From an uncultured Chthoniobacterales bacterium (lineage in GTDB: Bacteria; Verrucomicrobiota; Verrucomicrobiia; Chthoniobacterales; UBA10450), in contig CAXSCV010000001.1 in NCBI GenBank assembly GCA_964235895.1, forward strand, positions 20,880-84,879: a stretch of 64,000 nucleotides of DNA, read 5' to 3'. Positions within the stretch are counted from its first letter, which is position 1; each line of letters starts with the position of its first letter. Below the pieces are notes generated by a model. That model made no database searches. It was not told where the DNA came from and worked only from the letters and a program-made list of their open reading frames with translations. The position numbers were made by a program, and so were the translations under genes. Shown here in pieces: positions 56,107-64,000 of the stretch.

Positions 56107-57459
56107 ATGGAATTTCGCGTAAAGCGGGCGCCGCGCATCGACACCGAGATCACCGTCCCGGGCGACAAAAGCATCTCGCATCGCGCGGTCATTCTCGCTT
56201 CGCTTTCCAACGGCGTCTGCGTCCTGCGCGGATTTTTGCCGAGCGAAGATTGCATGCGCACGGTCCAGGCCATGCGCGCGCTCGGGATCAAGATCGAGCA
56301 ACCCGAACCCGAGATGCTCGTGGTTCACGGAAAGAAACGGCTGCTCACGCCACCAGCCGGCGAAATCGATTGCGGAAACTCCGCCACCACCATGCGTTTG
56401 CTCGCTGGATTGTTGGCCGGCCAAGCGTTCGATAGCCGGCTCGTCGGAGGTTCGAATCTTTCGAAACGCCCGATGGATCGCGTGATTTTCCCGTTGCGCG
56501 AAATGGGCGCGAACATCGCCGCGGAAGGGCCTAACGACACTCCGCCTTTGCGCATTACCGGCGGGAAATTGCATGGCATCGAATACACTTCGCCGATCGC
56601 CAGCGCGCAGGTGAAGAGCGCGCTCCTTTTGGCCGGCTTGTTCGCCAAAGGCAAAACGACCGTGAACGAGCCGATGGCCAGCCGCAATCACACCGAGCTC
56701 ATGCTCAATTATTTTCTGGTGCGCACGATCAAGGAAGAAGGCGGCGGGATCAGCGTCTTCGGCGATTCCGTTCCCGAATCGCGTGACTTCACCATTCCCG
56801 GCGATATTTCTTCCGCGGCCTTTTGGTTGGTCGCGGCCGGAGCGCAACCGGGCGGTCATCTACTCGTTAGGGACGCGGGCCTGAACGACACGCGCACCGC
56901 GCTCCTCGGAGTTTTGATTCGCATGGGCGCGCAGGTGCGCGAAGCGGTCGAGGACGTCGATCAAATCGAGCCGCGCGGCATTGTCGAAATCACCGGCGCG
57001 TCGCTTCGCGGCACGGTTATTCAAGGAAAGGAAATTCCGCAACTGATCGACGAGCTGCCCATTCTCGCGGTCGCGGGCGCGCTCGCCAGCGGCACCACCA
57101 CCATTCGGCAAGCCGCGGAATTGCGCGTGAAAGAAACCGATCGCATCGCCGCCATCGCGCACAATCTCCGCGCCATGGGCGCGCAAGTGATTGAGCTGAA
57201 CGACGGTCTCGAGATTCATGGTCGCGGCACGTTGCGCGGCGCGCGCGTGGCCAGTTTTGGCGATCATCGCATTGCCATGGCCTTCGCGGTCGCGGGACTT
57301 TTCGCGGAGGGTGAAACGGTCGTGCAGGATGCGCAATGCGTGCACGAGTCGTATCCGGAATTCGGCAAAGCGCTCGAGGATTTCATGAATCCGAAACGCA
57401 TGCGCGCGACCACGCCGGTGATTAGTTCGCTCAGTCCCTCGAAGAGCGATGACGACTAG
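56107..57459 (+). CDS. aroA: 3-phosphoshikimate 1-carboxyvinyltransferase (EPSP synthase)
   Basis: VPGDKSISHRAVILASL, CGNSATTMRLLAGLLAG, KETDRIAAI, DHRIAMAFAVAGL. Confidence 0.95.
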   Translation: MEFRVKRAPRIDTEITVPGDKSISHRAVILASLSNGVCVLRGFLPSEDCMRTVQAMRALGIKIEQPEPEMLVVHGKKRLLTPPAGEIDCGNSATTMRLLAGLLAGQAFDSRLVGGSNLSKRPMDRVIFPLREMGANIAAEGPNDTPPLRITGGKLHGIEYTSPIASAQVKSALLLAGLFAKGKTTVNEPMASRNHTELMLNYFLVRTIKEEGGGISVFGDSVPESRDFTIPGDISSAAFWLVAAGAQPGGHLLVRDAGLNDTRTALLGVLIRMGAQVREAVEDVDQIEPRGIVEITGASLRGTVIQGKEIPQLIDELPILAVAGALASGTTTIRQAAELRVKETDRIAAIAHNLRAMGAQVIELNDGLEIHGRGTLRGARVASFGDHRIAMAFAVAGLFAEGETVVQDAQCVHESYPEFGKALEDFMNPKRMRATTPVISSLSPSKSDDD

Positions 57460-58120
57460 CGCGCATCGCGTCATCGCCATCGACGGCCCGGCTGCTTCCG
57501 GCAAAAGTAGCGTCGCGCGCGCGCTCGCGCGCCAACTCGGTTTCGCTTACGTGAACTCCGGCGCGATGTATCGCGCGCTCACCTGGCATGTGCTCGATCG
57601 CGGCGTCGATCCGCGCGACGCCGATGCGGTTGTTCGTTTAACCGAAACGACGCCGCTCGAATGCGATTTGCAGAACGGCGAATCGCGCATTCTCATCGAT
57701 CGACTCGATCCCACGTCGCATCTGCGCGACCCGCGCGTGAACGAAAACGTCTCGTTAGTCAGCAGCGTTCCGCGCTTGCGCGAAATCCTCGTCGCACAGA
57801 TGCGCGCCTATGCGCTCGCGCACGATCTCGTCATGGAAGGACGCGACATCGGCTCGGTTGTATTCCCCGATACGCCTTACAAATTTTACATCGACGCTTC
57901 GCAGGAAATTCGTTCGCAACGCCGCGCCGCGCAGGGCCAGACCGACCAAATCGCCGCGCGCGACCGCGCGGATTCCTCGCGCCGCGATTCGCCGCTGACC
58001 ATCGCGAGCGACGCGCATGTGATTGACAGTTCGCATCTTTCCATCGACGGCGTGGTCGACGAAATCATCGCGCAGCTGCGCACGCAAAATTTTCGCGCCG
58101 CAGCCAGCGTTTCGCCCTAA
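57449..58120 (+). CDS. cmk: (d)CMP kinase
   Basis: IAIDGPAASGKSSVARALA P-loop, GRDIGSVVFPD. Confidence 0.9.
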   Translation: MTTSAHRVIAIDGPAASGKSSVARALARQLGFAYVNSGAMYRALTWHVLDRGVDPRDADAVVRLTETTPLECDLQNGESRILIDRLDPTSHLRDPRVNENVSLVSSVPRLREILVAQMRAYALAHDLVMEGRDIGSVVFPDTPYKFYIDASQEIRSQRRAAQGQTDQIAARDRADSSRRDSPLTIASDAHVIDSSHLSIDGVVDEIIAQLRTQNFRAAASVSP

Positions 58121-58123
58121 CGA

Positions 58124-58753
58124 GTGGCTGCCTCGCGCGCTTTCAATCCAGTTTATTGGGGCGGTTATTATCTGACCGTCATCCTGGCGCGTTTGTTTTT
58201 TCGCTTCCGCGTCGTTCATCGCGAACGCCGGATTTTGAAAGGTCCGGTCATTCTCGCGCTCAATCACCAAAGTTATCTCGATCCGCCGCTCGCCGGCATT
58301 TCGTCAGGCCGCGAAGTTTATTTTCTCGCGCGCAAAACATTGCTCAACGTGCCTGTCCTGAGTTGGCTGCTGCCGCGTATGAATGTCATTCCGGTGGACC
58401 AGGAAGGAACCGATCGCAGCGCCTTGAAAGCGTTGATTCGAATCCTGAAAGCCGGCGAGGGAACGGTCGTTTTTCCCGAGGGCGCGCGGACGCTCGATGG
58501 CAACTTGCAACCCGCATTGCCCGGCCTCGGTTTCGTCATCGCGAAAACGCTCGCGCCGGTTTTGCCGATGCGAATTTTCGGCGCGCACGAAGCGTTGCCG
58601 CGCGGCGGCGGCCGCTTGCGTTTTCATCGCATTACGCTGGTCATCGGCGAGCCGATGTATTTCACCGAAGCGGATCTGGAACCGCGCGGCAAAGAAACTT
58701 TTCAACGCCTGAGCGATCGCGTGATGGCAGCGATCGCCGCGCTCGAAATCTAG
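58124..58753 (+). CDS. plsC: 1-acyl-sn-glycerol-3-phosphate acyltransferase family protein
   Basis: NHQSYLD (HX4D) and VFPEGART motifs. GTG start. Confidence 0.85.
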   Translation: MAASRAFNPVYWGGYYLTVILARLFFRFRVVHRERRILKGPVILALNHQSYLDPPLAGISSGREVYFLARKTLLNVPVLSWLLPRMNVIPVDQEGTDRSALKALIRILKAGEGTVVFPEGARTLDGNLQPALPGLGFVIAKTLAPVLPMRIFGAHEALPRGGGRLRFHRITLVIGEPMYFTEADLEPRGKETFQRLSDRVMAAIAALEI

Positions 58754-58755
58754 GA

Positions 58756-58765
58756 CTCGTTAGGC
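58756..58765 (+). repeat. Copy of over-represented 10-mer CTCGTTAGGC
   Basis: Exact match, intergenic, 3 nt after the plsC stop. Confidence 0.9.
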
Positions 58766-58819
58766 GATTGATTTGCTTGCATTTGTTGCGGGCGAAAGCG
58801 CGCCGTCGATATTCCGCGC

Positions 58820-59026
58820 ATGAATTCCGAGGATGCGCCGCCGTCGTCGCCCGCGCCGCGGAGCGGTTTGTGGTTGATGGCGTTCATCCTTCTCGTGATG
58901 GCGGCGGTGGCCATTTTTTCGAATGTGCAAAAAGCGCGGCGCGCGCAAATCGAGACGGTCACAATCAAGCCCATCGCTTCGCCGACTTCCTCGCTCTCGC
59001 CCACGCCGTCCTCGGCCGCGCCCTGA
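58820..59026 (+). CDS. Small hypothetical single-TM protein
   Basis: 68 aa with one TM helix (LWLMAFILLVMAAVAIF) and an S/P-rich tail. Coding status is uncertain. Confidence 0.4.
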   Translation: MNSEDAPPSSPAPRSGLWLMAFILLVMAAVAIFSNVQKARRAQIETVTIKPIASPTSSLSPTPSSAAP

Positions 59027-59104
59027 TTTTTTCTTTCGCGTCGCAGACGGCCTCGCTCGTTCTTTGCTTCGAATAACCTGCGACCGTCCTGGTCTAACCA
59101 CACG

Positions 59105-60931
59105 ATGAAAAAATTCAGTCTCTTCCCCCTTCTTGCCGCGTTCGCGTTGATTGTTTCGTGCGAAAAACCCCAAAGCGAGGCCGACAAAAACGCCGAGATC
59201 GACCGACAGGTGCAGCAGCGTCTCGACGCGCAAAAGCAAGCTGACGATCAAACCAAACTGGCGCAACAACAGGCGGATCTGAGCGCGCGCGAACAGGCTT
59301 TGGCCGATCGCGAAGCTGCCGCGTCGGCGACCGCGACTGCGACCGCAACGCCGCGCCAGGTTGCGAGGACGGAAGACGATTCCGATTCATCCGCGCGCGT
59401 GAGTTCGTCGAATCGCGAAACGAGCAGTTCCTACGACACATTTTATCGCAAGCTCGAACCGTACGGCGCATGGCGCGAGACCGATGATTACGGTTTCGTT
59501 TGGCAACCGCGTCAGGCGCAATCGCGCGACTGGCGCCCTTACACCAACGGCCGCTGGGCTTACACTGACGCGGGCTGGACCTGGGTTTCGGAAGAGCCGT
59601 TTGGCTGGGCCACTTATCACTACGGACGTTGGACGCGGCTGCGCAACGTCGGCTGGGTTTGGGTGCCGGGTGAAGAATGGGCGCCGGCTTGGGTTTCGTG
59701 GCGCAAAGGCGATCAAAATGTCGGCTGGGCGCCGCTTCCGCCGGAAGCGCGTTTCGATCGCAAGACCGGCATTAAGAAATGGGCCGACAGTTATTACGAC
59801 ATCAGCGCCGATGAGTACGTCTTTATTCCGAACGAAGACATCGGTTCCGAGCGCCTCGAGCGCGATATCATTCCGGTCGAGCGCAACGTCAGCATCGTGA
59901 ACCAAACGAGCAACGTGACCGACATCACTTACAACAACACCACGGTCGTGAATGAAGGACCGAACTTCGACGAACTACGCGGTCGCAGTCATCGACCGAT
60001 CGAACGGATGCGTTTGGAACGGCAATCGAACATCGAGCAAAATGGCGAACCGCGCGCGGTTGTGCGTGGTGGAATTCTTTCGATGGTCGCGCCCGCCTTC
60101 ACCGGTCGCGCAACCGAGCGGCCGAGGAATATTGGCGAACCGATCCACGGCTCGCAGGTCGATCGGAACTGGACGCACAACGCGAATCAGCCCGAGGCCG
60201 AGCGCGCGCGTGCCAAGATGAAATCCGAAGCGACGCCGCCGCCGAACGCGCCGCCGAAGCGCTTTGAAAAACCGGTCGCGCCCTCGGGTGGGAATATGCC
60301 AACGCCAGCCGCGACCGCGAGTGCTACGGCAACCGCCGCGCCGATCGTCGCGCCGACCGCAATTCCGCGACCAACCGCCGCGCCGCGAATTGCGCCCACT
60401 CCGCGCGCCATTGCAACACCGGCCTCGACCGCGACGCCTGTCGCGGCTCCGACAGCGGCAGCCGCGCCGAGCGCCCCGTTCAATCGCCGCGAAGATCAAC
60501 TTCGCCGGACCGAAGAAGCGATGGAGAAGAAGCGTCAGATGGATTCGCAACGAAAAGGAAATCGGCCACCGAATATTCCCGCCGCTTCACCGGCCGCGGA
60601 GAATTCTCCGGAAGCTAATCAGGCAACGACTCCAATTGTCGCGCCGCGAGTGGTGGCGCCGCGCCCGATCTCGACCGCGAATTCGCCGGAACAAGCGACG
60701 ATTCCGCCGCGCGAAGGAAAGACGAATCCGAGGCGAAATATTCCGCCCGCGGCCGTCGCGCCGACGGCAACTGCGGTTCCGGCAGAAACCGCCGCCGCAA
60801 ATGCGAATGCACCCGCGACCGCCGAACCCAATTCCGCGCGCCACGGAAACGATCGCAAAGATCACAAAGGAAAACGGCCGCCGGAAAAACCGGACGCGAG
60901 TGCGAATCCGAGCGGAAGTCCGGAGCCGTAA
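59105..60931 (+). CDS. Lipoprotein with a coiled-coil N-terminal region, a Trp-rich central domain and a long Ala/Pro-rich tail (hypothetical)
   Basis: Lipobox ALIVSC. The central region is rich in W/Y/G repeats (YGAWRETDDYGFVWQP...GWTWVSEEPFGWATYHYGRWT...GWVWVPG). The C-terminal ~230 aa are low complexity. Confidence 0.75.
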   Translation: MKKFSLFPLLAAFALIVSCEKPQSEADKNAEIDRQVQQRLDAQKQADDQTKLAQQQADLSAREQALADREAAASATATATATPRQVARTEDDSDSSARVSSSNRETSSSYDTFYRKLEPYGAWRETDDYGFVWQPRQAQSRDWRPYTNGRWAYTDAGWTWVSEEPFGWATYHYGRWTRLRNVGWVWVPGEEWAPAWVSWRKGDQNVGWAPLPPEARFDRKTGIKKWADSYYDISADEYVFIPNEDIGSERLERDIIPVERNVSIVNQTSNVTDITYNNTTVVNEGPNFDELRGRSHRPIERMRLERQSNIEQNGEPRAVVRGGILSMVAPAFTGRATERPRNIGEPIHGSQVDRNWTHNANQPEAERARAKMKSEATPPPNAPPKRFEKPVAPSGGNMPTPAATASATATAAPIVAPTAIPRPTAAPRIAPTPRAIATPASTATPVAAPTAAAAPSAPFNRREDQLRRTEEAMEKKRQMDSQRKGNRPPNIPAASPAAENSPEANQATTPIVAPRVVAPRPISTANSPEQATIPPREGKTNPRRNIPPAAVAPTATAVPAETAAANANAPATAEPNSARHGNDRKDHKGKRPPEKPDASANPSGSPEP

Positions 60932-60935
60932 AATC

Positions 60936-60945
60936 GCCTAACGAG
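60936..60945 (-). repeat. Copy of over-represented 10-mer (GCCTAACGAG on + strand)
   Basis: Exact match between convergent genes. On the minus strand it reads ACT CGT TAG and gives the TAG stop of the exonuclease-ligase gene. It lies 5 nt after the stop of 59105..60931. Coordinates are anchored on the ORF ends. Confidence 0.85.
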
Positions 60946-63646
60946 TCGTCGCCGGCGCGGCGGAATGGAGATGCGCGCCCGCGAGTTGTCGCGCATAAGA
61001 AAGCGTATCGATCGCGTCCACCGTCTTGTCGCGGCGGATCGCTTTGATGCGCGGAAATCGCAACGCCAAACCACTCGCGTGCCGCGTGCTCGGCTGCACC
61101 GAATCAAAGGCGATCTCCAGCACGACATCGGGTTTCACTTCGCGATAACGACCGCGTTCCGCGACCGTGTTCGCTTTAAAATGCTCGGTCAATTCCGCGA
61201 TCTCGACATCCGTCAGGCCGCTGTAGGCTTTGCCGATCGGCAGCAATTGGCCGTTCGCGTCGTCGCGCACCGCGAAGGTGTAATCGCTCAAAACGTGATT
61301 GCGTTTTCCGTGTCCGAGCTCGGCCGCGACGACCACAACATCGAGCGTGGCGAGTTCCTTTTTGAGTTTGAACCAAAACATTCCGCGCCGGCCCGGCGAA
61401 TAAAAACTCTCGGGATCTTTCACCATCAAACCTTCATTCATGCGACGGCGCGCGAGCTGAAACGCGTTCTCGATTTCATCCGCGGAATGCGCCGGAAAAA
61501 CTTCCGAGATTTGAAATTGCGGCGGCAACTCGAGACGGCGCAAAAGTTCGCGGCGATCGCGCAAAGGCGTTTTCAAAAGCGAGCGGCCGGCGAGGAAAAG
61601 CAAATCGAAAGCAACGAAGACGACGGGCACATCGGCCGAGGCGGCATCGAATAAATCCGCGCCTTCGTGTTTGCGGCCGAGACGTTTTTGCAAATCGAAG
61701 AAGGTAAGTTTGCGCCTATGCTCGAAGGCCATGATCTCGCCATCGAGAATGACTTCCGCGGCGAATCCGCGCGCGCGTTCCGCGATCTCGTGAAATTGAT
61801 TCGTCATCGGCCGGAGATCGCGGGAGAAAATTTCCACGCGCTCCGCACCGCGATGCAGTTGCGCGCGGATGCCATCGAACTTGTCCTCGACGAAAATCGT
61901 CTGCTCGTTAGGCGATTCTTCGGCGAAGCGCGCCCAGATCGCTTCCGCGGTCGGCTCGGGACTGGCCAGCATGCATTTGATCGGACGAAAAAGAGAAAGC
62001 TCAACCGCACCTAACGAGTCATTTTTTGCGAGAAGCGCGCTTTCGCCGATGTCGCCTAACAACATGTTCGCTTCCTTCACTTCGTCGAGCGGCGCGGCGA
62101 AGGCGCTGGCAATCGCTTCTTCGACCAGGCCTTCGCGCAAGCCGATTCGCAGATCGCCGGTGAGAATTTTCACGACGTATTGGCCTTCGCGCGGCGTCAG
62201 TTGGGCGAGGCGCGCTTGCAACAAATCCGTCTTGGCGATCGGACCGCGCGCCTTCTGCAGTTGATCGAAAAACTCTTTCGATTCGATCAGCGAAAATGGC
62301 GCGGGCGCGGTGCGATTTTCCAATGCTTCGAGCGCGCTCTTGCCCGCGTCGCCGTAGCTGCGACCAATTCTTCGCAGCTCGGCTTCGGTCAATTTCGTGG
62401 CGGCGAGGAGCGCACGAAAGATGACCGCCCAGCCAACTTGCAGGGTGCGCGGGTCGCTTTGCGCAAAAGCTTTGCCGGTCAGGTAACGCGTGGCGATCGG
62501 CAACTGTTCCTGGTCTAACGAGTGCAAATATTGCGCGAGCAAACGCACTTTCTCGAGCTTGCCCGGAGTGGCGGCGATTGCTTCGCCGACTTCCGCGAAG
62601 GTGGCGAACTCGGAGGAAATCTTTTCGCGCGCAACGGGCGCGAGGACCGGAGCGGTCGCTCGCGCATTAGTCGGCAAGATGAGCTCGAGCTGGTTTTGTT
62701 CGCTGAGCGCCCAAGCTTCGATGCCGCGGTCGCGCAGGTCGCGCGCGAATTCGGCCGCAAACCCGTGCAACGTGAGCACGCGTTTTGGTTGCACGAGCTC
62801 GACGTAACGAAGCAGGTCGGGGTAATCGGCGTGATCGGAAAGTGGAAAGGCGGCATCGGTTTGATAACGAAAACGCGCGCCTGGATCGACCGCCCAACCG
62901 CTGATCATGGCGACGCGTTTGTTCGGAATTTTCTCGAGCATGCGTGAGCGATTCGCACTCGGCGGACAGATGAGAACTTTGCCCGCGACGTCTTTGGCAT
63001 CGTAGCGTTGGTATTCGCAAAACGATTGCCCGAACTGCTCGTAGATGCGCGTCATCCGATAAACCGAGCCGTGCAACATCGGCGTCAAACCAGCGCCGGC
63101 GAGCGCGCAAAGAATCTCCTGCGCTTTGCCTAACGAGTAACCGAGCAGCACCGGGACCGCGCCTTCTTCGAGCGCATCGCGACTGAAGGCGACGATCTGC
63201 GCGACCACGTCGTCGGTCGGCGGAAAGCGATATCGCGGCAGACCGAAGGTGGTCTCCATGATGAGGGTGTCGGCTTGCCGCCATTCCGTGGCCTCGGCGG
63301 ATTTGCCGGGGCGCAATTTGAAATCGCCGGTGTAGAGAAGCGAGCCGGCGTCGCTTTGCAGGAAAAATTGCGCGGAGCCGAAGATGTGACCGGCCGGTAA
63401 AAGCATGACATCGAGCCCGCGGATATTTGTTAATTCGCCAAAGGGAACGACGTGCTCGTTGCGTTCACCCGGCATGCGGGCCTGCATCAAACGCGCGGTC
63501 CGCGCGGAGACGATAATTTCCTGATGGGGCGCGATGTGATCGCTGTGCGCGTGCGAAACGAAAGCGAGCGGTTTCGCGTCCCACGGATCGAGCCAGAGAT
63601 CCTGCTCGGGCAAGTAAATGCCGCGCTCGTAGCGAACTTGAATCAC
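60938..63646 (-). CDS. Fusion: metallo-beta-lactamase/beta-CASP-type (ligase-associated) exonuclease plus ATP-dependent DNA ligase
   Basis: The N-terminal ~335 aa contain HAHSDH and DHAD motifs (MBL fold). The C-terminal ~550 aa contain the ligase DNA-binding domain, adenylation motif I EDKFDGIRAQ and an OB-fold region. Confidence 0.85.
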   Translation of the reverse strand: MIQVRYERGIYLPEQDLWLDPWDAKPLAFVSHAHSDHIAPHQEIIVSARTARLMQARMPGERNEHVVPFGELTNIRGLDVMLLPAGHIFGSAQFFLQSDAGSLLYTGDFKLRPGKSAEATEWRQADTLIMETTFGLPRYRFPPTDDVVAQIVAFSRDALEEGAVPVLLGYSLGKAQEILCALAGAGLTPMLHGSVYRMTRIYEQFGQSFCEYQRYDAKDVAGKVLICPPSANRSRMLEKIPNKRVAMISGWAVDPGARFRYQTDAAFPLSDHADYPDLLRYVELVQPKRVLTLHGFAAEFARDLRDRGIEAWALSEQNQLELILPTNARATAPVLAPVAREKISSEFATFAEVGEAIAATPGKLEKVRLLAQYLHSLDQEQLPIATRYLTGKAFAQSDPRTLQVGWAVIFRALLAATKLTEAELRRIGRSYGDAGKSALEALENRTAPAPFSLIESKEFFDQLQKARGPIAKTDLLQARLAQLTPREGQYVVKILTGDLRIGLREGLVEEAIASAFAAPLDEVKEANMLLGDIGESALLAKNDSLGAVELSLFRPIKCMLASPEPTAEAIWARFAEESPNEQTIFVEDKFDGIRAQLHRGAERVEIFSRDLRPMTNQFHEIAERARGFAAEVILDGEIMAFEHRRKLTFFDLQKRLGRKHEGADLFDAASADVPVVFVAFDLLFLAGRSLLKTPLRDRRELLRRLELPPQFQISEVFPAHSADEIENAFQLARRRMNEGLMVKDPESFYSPGRRGMFWFKLKKELATLDVVVVAAELGHGKRNHVLSDYTFAVRDDANGQLLPIGKAYSGLTDVEIAELTEHFKANTVAERGRYREVKPDVVLEIAFDSVQPSTRHASGLALRFPRIKAIRRDKTVDAIDTLSYARQLAGAHLHSAAPATTR
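61904..61913 (+). repeat. Copy of over-represented 10-mer CTCGTTAGGC
   Basis: Exact match in the exonuclease-ligase gene (minus strand). Read as P-N-E. Confidence 0.85.
63128..63137 (-). repeat. Copy of over-represented 10-mer (GCCTAACGAG on + strand)
   Basis: Exact match in the exonuclease-ligase gene. Read as S-L-G. Confidence 0.9.
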
Positions 63647-63753
63647 GCGCTTATCTACGCTCGGAATGGCGATGGAGAAACTTCCGCCGCTGGGTCTCGT
63701 GAGGCGCGGCCGATGGATTGACAGTTTTCGATGCAGCCCGTTTGCTTAACGCC

Positions 63754-64000
63754 ATGAAATTTTGCGCGCTCGTTTACGCGGCGGTGTTTTTCGCGATGGG
63801 ATCGGCGCGCGCGGCGGAGGAATATCGGCAGCTTCTCAAAGTGGAGCCGCTGCCGGTGGCGCTCGATCCCAATTTTCAATTTCGGAAGGTCAAACAATTT
63901 CTCCTGGCCGATATCGTTGTGGCGAAAAAGGGCGCGGGAAAATTTAGCAGCACCGGCGTGGTGCGCGATCCGTCGATCGGCTTCGAGCGCACGTATCATC
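63754..64000 (+). CDS. Secreted hypothetical protein (5' part; runs off the window end)
   Basis: Manual translation from the ATG at 63754: MKFCALVYAAVFFAMGSARAAEEYRQLLKVEPLPVALDPNF.... It has a signal peptide and stays open to the window end. Confidence 0.55.
   Translation, partial: MKFCALVYAAVFFAMGSARAAEEYRQLLKVEPLPVALDPNFQFRKVKQFLLADIVVAKKGAGKFSSTGVVRDPSIGFERTYH

Overview
High-GC (about 60%) chromosomal segment. The gene content (alternative complex III, a SWIB-domain protein, a PVC-type small basic protein, many Ala/Pro-rich envelope proteins) suggests a Verrucomicrobiota/PVC-like bacterium; this is inference only. I call about 65 protein genes. I found no rRNA, tRNA, CRISPR array, transposase or prophage genes.

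Layout, left to right:
- ligA, truncated by the left edge and therefore missing from the ORF track.
- Small membrane proteins, htrA and kamA.
- A putative metal-handling trio (5.9-8.7 kb).
- A 21-kb single-strand respiratory supercluster (9.0-29.9 kb): ACIII actABCDEF, a CcoN/CcoO-like module, a cytochrome c, a TrxR-like gene, the aa3-type oxidase genes ctaD-ctaE-subunit IV-coxB, ctaA, ctaB and SCO.
- Envelope glycan and LPS genes: rfbA, GT4, an ArnT-like protein, a thioesterase, an LpxL-GT9 fusion, a double GT2, an RmlC-like cupin and a methyltransferase.
- Housekeeping genes: panC, nadB, aroA, cmk, plsC.
- A dynamin-like GTPase, signalling proteins, and a fused exonuclease/ATP-dependent DNA ligase.

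Most notable signals:
1. The 10-mer CTCGTTAGGC (consensus A-CTCGTTAGGC-G) occurs 28 times exactly, on both strands and in every reading frame that avoids an internal stop. Several copies supply the stop codons of genes. This looks like a DNA-level signal of the uptake-sequence type.
2. The CcoN homolog translationally coupled to ACIII appears to lack the canonical CuB and high-spin-heme histidines, while the nearby aa3 oxidase keeps all of its ligands.
3. A structured REP/MITE-like inverted repeat sits inside the ACIII operon.
4. There are several unusual gene fusions and insertions.

Coordinates of short motifs were read by eye and could be off by 1. All family assignments come from motif recognition, not database searches.
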